Of a stretch of 31,905 nt of DNA, positions 22,144-30,043 are shown in pieces; position 1 is the first letter of the stretch, and each line of letters opens with the position of its first letter. The translations under genes and the position numbers were made by a program. Origin of the DNA: Candidatus Undinarchaeota archaeon. Lineage in GTDB: Archaea; SpSt-1190. Below the pieces are notes generated by a model. The model did no database searches and was not told where the DNA came from. It saw only the letters and a list, made by a program, of their open reading frames with translations. The stretch spans positions 21,207 to 53,111 of the forward strand of contig CAZJUS010000001.1 of assembly GCA_964549355.1 (NCBI GenBank), read 5' to 3'.

Positions 22144-24951
22144 TTATTCTATGTAGATTGCAGGCCTGAACGGCATGGCCTTTACTGCCTTTTTCATCGG
22201 GTCGTAAGACTCATTCACTTTTATTTCTGCTCCAAATTCACTTTTTAGAATTTTATCCGCTTCTTTAATCAGGGACACTTCATCGATTTTGCTTTGATCT
22301 TCGATTTCCCAGACTCTGTTTTTCACAAAAGATGAAATAATTTTTGCAGCTTCCGCAGGATTCTTGAATTTCTTTATCTTTTTCAAAGCATTGCTCTTCT
22401 CCTTGGACACCAGCTCAAGGGCCTGCCATTTCCATTCGGGTGCCGTGTATAAATAGATGGTTTTCGGCGTTTTTTCTGCCATTTTTATCATGTTTCGGAT
22501 GTCCTCCAGGATATTTTGGATGAACGCCTCCTGTTTTTCAGCTTTATTGTCTATCAGGTCTTTTCGGACTTTTGGGAGTCTGGCAGTAGATATAAGCCCA
22601 TTGCCCCCGAAGCGTTCCCAATACTCTTCAGCAGTATGCGGGATTACTGGAGACAGTATTATCAGCCAGTCTTTGATAATGGTTCTTAGTATGCCGTAAG
22701 GTTGGCTGTTCCTTCTTTCAAACCACCGGACATCGTTGAGCATTTTGAAGAAAATTTCAATAAGTGCTTCCCTGAATCTAAATTCACTCATCATCTCTAT
22801 TGCAGAGTTCAGTGAATTGTAAAATCTTGACAGAATCCACTTGTCCGATGAATCATTCACAGGTCTTTCCTGGACGGATTCACAAGCATCAAGAATTTCA
22901 ATGAACTTTTCAAGTTTTCTCTGCACCGCACTGACATCTTTTTCGCGCCAATCCACAACAGCATCCATGTCTGCTGAGCTGGTAACATAAAGACGATACA
23001 GATCCGCCCCATACTTTTTTTTCACGTGATTGAGCGGAATGACATTGCCCTTGCTTTTGCTCATCTTCATCCCCTCCCGGATGAGCATTTCATTCAATGA
23101 GATCCCCTTCGGCCACGCGGCTTCCGGGAAGATGGCCAAATGGTGCATTATGAAAAAACTGAGGTGGTTGCTGATATGGGCCGGAGCGGTGTGCCTGTGG
23201 TCGTTGGGATACCAGTACTCAAAATCAGCGCGCGCCTGCTTCAGCATATCAACGCTCAGCCCCGTTTTTTCAGCGATTTTATTGATGTTTCCTTTCCCGA
23301 GGAGCAGGAAGTCGAAGACATCGGTGGTGAGCTTTTCGGGCTTTATTTTGTTCAAATACGGCACGATAATGTAGAATGCCATGTAGATGGTGGAATCCGA
23401 CAATGATTCAATAACCCAGTCCTTGTCAAATGGGAATTTAGTCCCAAGCCCTTTTCTTCTTGCGCAGGGACGTTTGTCCAGCCAATCAACAGTATCCAAG
23501 AAAAGTTTCCTGAATTTGTCCGGATAAATCAGCATGCTTTCCAAATGCCTGCGGGTTTGGTCTTTCCATTTTTTATCGCTGTAGTCGATGAACCATTGAT
23601 TGTCCAGGACTGCGACGGCAACGGGAGACCCTGTTCGGGTTATTGCCGGCCTGCTGGTTTCATAAAATAAAACTGCTTTTCCTTTCTTTATTAATTCGTT
23701 CTTGACTTCATTTTTTATAGTATGAATTGCAATTCCTGAAAATTGTTCACACTTATCGTTCAATACTCCCGAATAATATTCTGCCTTGTAAATTTCTTTT
23801 GTTGCCTCTTCCAATTGTGAATCTTTTTGGTTTCTGATTCCCATTTGTTCACAAATTTCTTTTGCAGGGATTCCATACCCGGGGATGTCGATGATTACAA
23901 TGGGTTCAATTGAATCTACAACTTTTCCCCATTTTTCATGATACTTTAAATCCACCAATGCCATGTAGTCATAAGGGGCATGGGCAGGAACAGAGTAAAC
24001 GACCCCCGTTCCATTTTTAGGGTCGACAAAATCTGCAGGCAGGATGGGGACTGTTTTGCCGGTTGGTGTTTTTACACTGCCACCTATGAAGTATTTGCCT
24101 TTTTCTCTTTTCAGGATTTTGACCTTTTTGCCTTGTATTTTCAGCTTTTTAACGGCGTTTTCACTGACCACCCACCTTTCTTTGCCGACATCTACGACGA
24201 CATAATACTTGTCCGGGTTGAGCCAGATATTGGTGGCGCCGAAAACAGTTTCAGGCCGAAGAGTTGCAGCGATGAAAAATCCGAATTCCGATTCGAAGTA
24301 GAGCCCTGTAAATTCATTGATTGAAACTTTGTTTGTATCCCCATCCACAATATCATCTTCACCAACAGGCTGGTCGCCGTCAATGCTCCAGAGAATCGGA
24401 TATTTTCCTTTCACTAAAACTCCTTTTTCTTTAAGTTTTGTGAATTGCCACTCAATAAATTTATTGTATCTCGGCATCCCGGTGTTAAACTTCCTAGTCC
24501 AATCTATGCTGTATCCTATTGATTTGAAATCGATTTGTATTTTATCTGCAAAATAGTTTGCAACATTTTTCGGTTCCTTGAAGCTTTCCAAAATTTTGCT
24601 GATTTTTGGGTGGTCATCGCCCTCATAAATCCGAAGGTATTCCCTGTAAAGTGCGAGTGTTTTGGTGTCTTCTTTTTTGATTTTTTCACTGATGCTCAGA
24701 ATCGGAGAACCAGAGATGTGGAAAGCCATTGGAAACAGGACGTTGAAACCCTGGAGCCTTTTGAAGCGGGCAATGACATCGCCGAGGGTGTATGTCCGTC
24801 CGTGGCCGATGTGGAGGGCCCCGCTGGTGTATGGATAAGGGACCGTAATGAAAAACTTTTTCTGGCCGGGTGCGTTCCGAGCCTTTGGAACAAAGGTTCT
24901 TTGCTCGTCCCACCGCTTCTGCCACTTGTCTTCATAGGTCTTCCATTTCAT
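22144..24951 (-). CDS. leuS: Leucine--tRNA ligase (archaeal/eukaryal type)
   Basis: PYPYTSGALHIGH, CP1 editing motifs ATLRPET, GTGVVYSVPAHAPYDY, ESLSDSTIYMA, KMSKSKGN, C-terminal KAMPFRPAIYIE. Confidence 0.96.
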   Translation of the reverse strand: MKWKTYEDKWQKRWDEQRTFVPKARNAPGQKKFFITVPYPYTSGALHIGHGRTYTLGDVIARFKRLQGFNVLFPMAFHISGSPILSISEKIKKEDTKTLALYREYLRIYEGDDHPKISKILESFKEPKNVANYFADKIQIDFKSIGYSIDWTRKFNTGMPRYNKFIEWQFTKLKEKGVLVKGKYPILWSIDGDQPVGEDDIVDGDTNKVSINEFTGLYFESEFGFFIAATLRPETVFGATNIWLNPDKYYVVVDVGKERWVVSENAVKKLKIQGKKVKILKREKGKYFIGGSVKTPTGKTVPILPADFVDPKNGTGVVYSVPAHAPYDYMALVDLKYHEKWGKVVDSIEPIVIIDIPGYGIPAKEICEQMGIRNQKDSQLEEATKEIYKAEYYSGVLNDKCEQFSGIAIHTIKNEVKNELIKKGKAVLFYETSRPAITRTGSPVAVAVLDNQWFIDYSDKKWKDQTRRHLESMLIYPDKFRKLFLDTVDWLDKRPCARRKGLGTKFPFDKDWVIESLSDSTIYMAFYIIVPYLNKIKPEKLTTDVFDFLLLGKGNINKIAEKTGLSVDMLKQARADFEYWYPNDHRHTAPAHISNHLSFFIMHHLAIFPEAAWPKGISLNEMLIREGMKMSKSKGNVIPLNHVKKKYGADLYRLYVTSSADMDAVVDWREKDVSAVQRKLEKFIEILDACESVQERPVNDSSDKWILSRFYNSLNSAIEMMSEFRFREALIEIFFKMLNDVRWFERRNSQPYGILRTIIKDWLIILSPVIPHTAEEYWERFGGNGLISTARLPKVRKDLIDNKAEKQEAFIQNILEDIRNMIKMAEKTPKTIYLYTAPEWKWQALELVSKEKSNALKKIKKFKNPAEAAKIISSFVKNRVWEIEDQSKIDEVSLIKEADKILKSEFGAEIKVNESYDPMKKAVKAMPFRPAIYIE

Positions 24952-24985
24952 ATTCCTGCAAACCGCCTTAATTGATAAATTTTAC

Positions 24986-25543
24986 TCACTGCTCCACCAC
25001 ACGCAGAATCCCCGGGCGTGGTTCATATATCTCTCCATCGTATTTCAAATCGTCTATGTAGCCCTGGCTGTCCGGCCATTGTTTTGCGATATCCTCCCGC
25101 AGCACTTCCCCTTTTCCGCGGATGAATGCAAGAATTTCATGCTTTGGCCCGTCTCCCCCCGCATCCGCGAATTCCAGTTTCCTTAGCAGCTCCCAGTTTA
25201 TGTCGTTGAGGACGGAGAATCCATCAGGGACAAGATACAGGACATCCTGGAATGTCCTCGGCCTGCCAACGATTTCGACTAAATCGCCCAGTTTGGCTTT
25301 TTTCATGAGTTTAAGATTATTTCCAAAAAATCTAGCCTGGATAACACCAGTTTCATCGTCTATTGAGAAGAATCCGTATGTTTTTTCATAGTTTTCAAAT
25401 ATTTCAACAATCCTCCCCATCACTCTGACATTGGAGACCTCCCCCGCTTTTGTTTCAACCCTCAAGCCTTTTTCATCGCTTATGACTCTGCCCGCCAGCA
25501 GAAGTTTGATGGGGATTTTTTTGGCCGCCCTCACACAAAACAT
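24986..25543 (-). CDS. OB-fold plus C-terminal winged-helix protein, RPA32 (RPA2)-like
   Basis: VSNVRVMGRIV, FSIDDETGVIQARFF, GDLVEIVGRPR, IDDLKYDGEIYEPRPG. The start may be GTG 25534. Confidence 0.8.
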   Translation of the reverse strand: MFCVRAAKKIPIKLLLAGRVISDEKGLRVETKAGEVSNVRVMGRIVEIFENYEKTYGFFSIDDETGVIQARFFGNNLKLMKKAKLGDLVEIVGRPRTFQDVLYLVPDGFSVLNDINWELLRKLEFADAGGDGPKHEILAFIRGKGEVLREDIAKQWPDSQGYIDDLKYDGEIYEPRPGILRVVEQ

Positions 25544-25589
25544 CGCGTTTTGCCATTAAAAACCTTGCAGTTAGGCATATATCTCTTTG

Positions 25590-26630
25590 ATGCTTTTTGA
25601 TAGTGTGAAAGCGGTCTCCCCTGTCCTGACAACTGTCCTGCTGCTTTTGATGGTCCTGGGGGCTGCAGGCGGGTACACTCTTTATGTGACCCTGATGCAG
25701 GGCAGGATAATCAACCAATACGAGGAGAATGTGGTCTACCCCGTGAATCCCCCCCAGACCATGGGCATCATCTGCTACCCCGGCTACGGCTTCCTGGATG
25801 TCATGAACACTTCCGCCGGCGGAATTGTAGGGACAGTGGATTATTTTGTCAAGTCCGGGGATGTGGTTTTGTCCGGCCAAAGAACTGTGAACATTTCAAA
25901 CTATGGGCGGATATACTTCCCGATACGCGGGGGTGTGAACACAAAAGTGAATTTTGAGCTTTACACTCCGGACTGGAAGATAACAGATTACTGCACTGTG
26001 CGTGAGGATAAAAATCTCCGCCTCTATCTTCCTTTCGATGAGGGAGCAGGGACTGTGACCAAAGACAAATCAAAATACAACGGCGATGTAACTGTGTATG
26101 AAGCTGAATGGGATGTGGGAAAATCGGGGCATTCCTTGGATTTTGATGGCATTGATGATTATGTTGAAGTTTCAAATTCTGCTGACCTGAATTTAACTGA
26201 TGCAATTTCAGTCCTGGTTTGGGTGAAGCCCACTGCCAATGACGGGGCTTATCAGGCTTTTGTTTCCAAAGACTATGCCGAGACCTGGGCAATTCTGCAG
26301 TACAGCAACCAGGATAGATTCCGCGCATATCTGGTTACTGATGCCGGCAGCCAGTCTCAAGAGATGGCGGCATTCACTGCCGGCAACTGGTACCATGTTG
26401 GATTCACATATGACCAGTCTTCGGGCGAACTGAAACTTTATGTGAACGGCACGCAATACGGCTCCACCATTTCAACTTCAGGTTTTATACAAACCAACAG
26501 CCAGACTGTTGGCATTGCCAGAGACGGCGATTCCGGCTATCCTGCCGATGCTGATATTGATGAAGTCCGCATTTATGATGAGGCCCTCCCTGCAGACGCC
26601 ATTTACGCCATATACGAAGCCTATAAGTAG
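25590..26630 (+). CDS. Archaeal pilin N-terminal domain + LamG-like (ConA) domain protein
   Basis: KA|VSPVLTTVLLL class III signal; LYLPFDEGAG, SLDFDGIDDYV, WYHVGFTYD, LYVNG, IDEVRIYDEAL. Start may be GTG 25605. Confidence 0.88.
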   Translation: MLFDSVKAVSPVLTTVLLLLMVLGAAGGYTLYVTLMQGRIINQYEENVVYPVNPPQTMGIICYPGYGFLDVMNTSAGGIVGTVDYFVKSGDVVLSGQRTVNISNYGRIYFPIRGGVNTKVNFELYTPDWKITDYCTVREDKNLRLYLPFDEGAGTVTKDKSKYNGDVTVYEAEWDVGKSGHSLDFDGIDDYVEVSNSADLNLTDAISVLVWVKPTANDGAYQAFVSKDYAETWAILQYSNQDRFRAYLVTDAGSQSQEMAAFTAGNWYHVGFTYDQSSGELKLYVNGTQYGSTISTSGFIQTNSQTVGIARDGDSGYPADADIDEVRIYDEALPADAIYAIYEAYK

Positions 26631-26669
26631 TGCTGAAAGGCTTAAATCCCTCTTCTGCCCAGTTCTTCT

Positions 26670-27698
26670 ATGCGCGGAGCTTCCGTAACGGTTTCGGCAA
26701 TTCTGCTGATTTTGGTTGCAATCTTTGCGGGGAGCGCCGTTTATTTTTCAATTTCCAAAACACAGAACAAAATACAGAACAAGGCATCGGAGATTATGGT
26801 GTCTCCAAAACTCGAACCCAAGATAGTGAATTATGAGTGCTTTGAAAACTATGCATATTTCCTGATCTTCATGAATCAGGACGAGGTTATGAAAGGGAGC
26901 GTGCCGTATCTCATTGAGGAGGGCTCGGATGTCATCCGGTCCGGCGGATTGAGTGTGAATATAACCCGCAAGGGGGAAATATATTTTCCAGGACCGTTCA
27001 AGAAAGGGCACGGCTATCGGCTGACTATCAGCACCAATGATTGGGTGATGACTCGGAGATGCACCGCCAAGCTTCATCCCGCCCTTATGATGCACCTGCC
27101 CTTTTCAGAAGGCAGTGGGGCCCGGCCGAAGGACAGGACCAGCTATGACAATGACGGCACTCTGACCGGCGGTTCGTGGGTGGGCGGAGTGAATGATAAT
27201 GCCATACTTTTTGACGGTTCTTCCGACTATGTTTCGGTTTCAGATGATGCTGATACTCTCCGCCCTGCCCAATTCACTCTGTCGGCATGGATTTACAGGG
27301 ACAGCAACGATGCCAATCGGGAAGGCATTGTCGCCAAGCAGGACGGAACCAGCGGGTTTGAGCTCAGCTCGCTTTCCAACGGAAATGTGCAGATTAATGT
27401 AACCGGCAGCGGAACAAGCACACAGGTGACTGCTTCAGTCGCCAACAGTGAATGGACGCACCTCACTGCAATTTACAACGCAACCCACGTCCTGCTTTAC
27501 AAAGGATGCACCCTTGCCGGCAGCGCCCCTGCCAACTTCTCGTCCGCGCCTTCGCAGCTCTATGTAGGCAAGACTGACGCAGGGTTTTTTGACGGCGCCA
27601 TTGATGAGGTCCGCTTTTACAATATCGCCCTTACTCCAAGCGAAATGTCGGCATTCTGCCAGGCTGAAACTGTACAGGCGGGCGCCTATTCGGGGTAA
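26670..27698 (+). CDS. Archaeal pilin N-terminal domain + LamG-like domain protein (paralog of the upstream gene)
   Basis: MRG|ASVTVSAILLILVAI; HLPFSEGSG, LFDGSSDYV, FTLSAWI, WTHLTAIYN, FDGAIDEVRFYNIAL. Confidence 0.88.
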   Translation: MRGASVTVSAILLILVAIFAGSAVYFSISKTQNKIQNKASEIMVSPKLEPKIVNYECFENYAYFLIFMNQDEVMKGSVPYLIEEGSDVIRSGGLSVNITRKGEIYFPGPFKKGHGYRLTISTNDWVMTRRCTAKLHPALMMHLPFSEGSGARPKDRTSYDNDGTLTGGSWVGGVNDNAILFDGSSDYVSVSDDADTLRPAQFTLSAWIYRDSNDANREGIVAKQDGTSGFELSSLSNGNVQINVTGSGTSTQVTASVANSEWTHLTAIYNATHVLLYKGCTLAGSAPANFSSAPSQLYVGKTDAGFFDGAIDEVRFYNIALTPSEMSAFCQAETVQAGAYSG

Positions 27699-27728
27699 AG
27701 GTTTTAAAGCCCCATTCCGACCCCAAGC

Positions 27729-27980
27729 ATGGATATAAAGATGCTCAGCAAGAAGGACAAGGAGTGGGTCGTGGAATTGACCAGCGAGGACCATACATTG
27801 GCCAATCTCCTGCGCGAGCTGAGCTGGGAGAATGGAGGGGAGGCCGCCTACAGGCTGGAGCACCCCCTTGTCGGCAAGCCCCGGATGAAAGTGGTGGCCA
27901 GGAATCCAAAAAAAGTGCTGGAAAAGACCACCAAGCAGATAATCCGAATGTCCAAGACTTTTGAGAAAGCCTTTGAATAA
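27729..27980 (+). CDS. rpoL: DNA-directed RNA polymerase subunit L (Rpo11)
   Basis: EDHTLANLLR...AAYRLEHPL motif, 83 aa. Confidence 0.93.
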   Translation: MDIKMLSKKDKEWVVELTSEDHTLANLLRELSWENGGEAAYRLEHPLVGKPRMKVVARNPKKVLEKTTKQIIRMSKTFEKAFE

Positions 27981-28008
27981 TTTTTTAAGTTTTGCCCTTC
28001 CGGATTGG

Positions 28009-28521
28009 ATGGCTGTAAAAAGGGTCCGCTCCCGTGTGACTAATGTCCAATTGGAACAATTGTGGAAATTATTGCCTGAAAAAGAAAAAATGAATCACGA
28101 ATATTATGAAGGTCCGACGCCCCATAATATTTATTTTGATTCTGAAACTGCAGAACTGAAGGATTCTGAAAAATACCCCGGCAGAAAATATCTTGGCTTT
28201 GATGATGAGGGCAGATATCACGGGTTTGAACTTTTTTCACTTGAACACAGCCTGGATGATGTTTTATCCAGAGAAGGGCTTCTTTCACAGCCTTTCATAC
28301 TGCGCGGGGATGTCAAAATAATAACACTTTCAAGGGGGCAGCTTTATGCCTCCAAATTCCACATATACAAGACAGTGGCGGAAATTGAAACCGTTGTTGC
28401 TCCGAAGGATTCAGAGGCGTGCAGAAAAGCAAAAGAGCTGGCAGAGCGGGCGGGCTTGAAAGACGCCCAGTGGTACAGCCTCGACATAGATGCGTCATAC
28501 GACATTGCCGATGCAAGCTGA
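28009..28521 (+). CDS. Hypothetical protein, possible degenerate CYTH-like domain
   Basis: NIYFD, AEIETV and C-terminal AKELAERAGL resemble the CYTH layout; no N-terminal ExExK motif. Confidence 0.5.
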   Translation: MAVKRVRSRVTNVQLEQLWKLLPEKEKMNHEYYEGPTPHNIYFDSETAELKDSEKYPGRKYLGFDDEGRYHGFELFSLEHSLDDVLSREGLLSQPFILRGDVKIITLSRGQLYASKFHIYKTVAEIETVVAPKDSEACRKAKELAERAGLKDAQWYSLDIDASYDIADAS

Positions 28522-28565
28522 GTTGCAGAAAGGCTAACCATATAAGGGCGGGCGACTCTGATTGG

Positions 28566-29225
28566 ATGGCCGCGGAATCGGAGGAGATCCTGGCGGAAGG
28601 GGTCTACTATTTTGAAGTCTTGGGAGAGAAAGGGAAACTCGAAAAAGTGAAGGGCGTCAACCCTCCTAAAAAAGAATTGGAGAGGTTCATGCTCCCCCGA
28701 ATAGAGCGATTTGCTGAAGCTTCCCAGCACCCATACAGCATATCAATCGATGTTTTTTTTGAGCTGCCCATCTGGACAGTTTATGCAGGGTTTCCCATTG
28801 AAGGCAAAGTCCTGACGACACCCGAAGGAGAAGTGAATGACTTTTTGATTAAGGGGGCTCCGGACAAAGGGAACAGCGAAGTCTGGATTTCCGCCTACAA
28901 GCAGGCAAGTCTGATGCCACGCACACTGTTCTATCTCAACGCGGTTGATACACCAATCTCCCTCGGTTTGAAAGGCAAAGCAGGAGTCGCCCGGTTGAAC
29001 GGTCCGTATCTGTCCCTGCTGAAAATGACTTTGGGCAGTGAAGACGAGCCCGACCGCTTCGATATGCACCTTTTTGACAGTGCATCGGCGATCTACAAGC
29101 AGGTCAAGAGCCACGTCGCCGACACAGGCATGGAAACCTATGTGGGTGTTTTTGTAAGAGGGACTCTTGTCAAGAATGGGAATTTCGGCGCATCAAAAAA
29201 AGAAGCATCCCGGGGTTTTGTCTAG
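28566..29225 (+). CDS. Hypothetical protein
   Basis: ATG 28566 (MAAESEE) ~21 nt after CATATAAG; 219 aa soluble; no motif recognised. Confidence 0.7.
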   Translation: MAAESEEILAEGVYYFEVLGEKGKLEKVKGVNPPKKELERFMLPRIERFAEASQHPYSISIDVFFELPIWTVYAGFPIEGKVLTTPEGEVNDFLIKGAPDKGNSEVWISAYKQASLMPRTLFYLNAVDTPISLGLKGKAGVARLNGPYLSLLKMTLGSEDEPDRFDMHLFDSASAIYKQVKSHVADTGMETYVGVFVRGTLVKNGNFGASKKEASRGFV

Positions 29226-29977
29226 ACCTGCCCCAGGAACATCCAGAGCCTGCGCCACCACTTCCTCTGGTCCTTCCAGGGGATGCCTCCCAGCAGGTGT
29301 GCAATTTTCCTGATTTCCGTGGCTGCCGGTGAATTGGGATAGGAGAGGACGACGGGATTCTGGATGGCGATGGACCTCCGGACTGCGATGTCCTCCGGTA
29401 TCTTGCCCATCACTTCCATGCGCATGACATTCTCAATCATGACGGCGTTCGGCTCGAGCTCATGGACAGTGGACCTGTTCAGCACGATGCCCATCACATG
29501 CTTTTTCATGTCGCCTGCAAAGAGGGCCGCGCGGTAGGCGTTGGCCAGCGAGGTCCATTCGGGCGTCGCCACCACCATGACTTCTTTGGCAGGAATCAAG
29601 GCCGACCTGGCGTCATCCCCCAGCCCCGGGGGCGTGTCGAGGATTATGAAATCGTACTTCAGCTTCCGCATCTTCCTCTTGAGCCTTTTGTAGACATCCC
29701 TGCTGGCGGCGACCTCCATGTCCTGGCTTCCCGGGATTATGTGCAGGCCGCATTCGTGCTCATAAAGCGCATCGCCCAGCTGGTTCTTGCCCTTCAAGGC
29801 CTCCCAGATGGTGACTTCCGGAGAGAAGCCGAGCTGGAGGGCCACATCAGGAGCGGTGAAGTTGGCATCAATTATGCAGACTCGAAAACCAAGCATCCTC
29901 AAAGCCAAGCCGAGATTGATGGTCAGGGTGGTCTTGCCGACCCCCCCTTTCCCTGCGGTAACCGCAATTATTCGCAC
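29222..29977 (-). CDS. minD: MinD-family ATPase
   Basis: Deviant Walker A GKGGVGKTT, IILDTPPG, GKIPEDIAVRRS, C-terminal amphipathic helix KWWRRLWMFLG. Confidence 0.88.
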   Translation of the reverse strand: MRIIAVTAGKGGVGKTTLTINLGLALRMLGFRVCIIDANFTAPDVALQLGFSPEVTIWEALKGKNQLGDALYEHECGLHIIPGSQDMEVAASRDVYKRLKRKMRKLKYDFIILDTPPGLGDDARSALIPAKEVMVVATPEWTSLANAYRAALFAGDMKKHVMGIVLNRSTVHELEPNAVMIENVMRMEVMGKIPEDIAVRRSIAIQNPVVLSYPNSPAATEIRKIAHLLGGIPWKDQRKWWRRLWMFLGQV

Positions 29978-30043
29978 GCGGGGGTTACTCCTGGCTTATT
30001 AAAAGCGTCTTTGACAACTCTGGAATTTTAATTTTTTGCCCTT

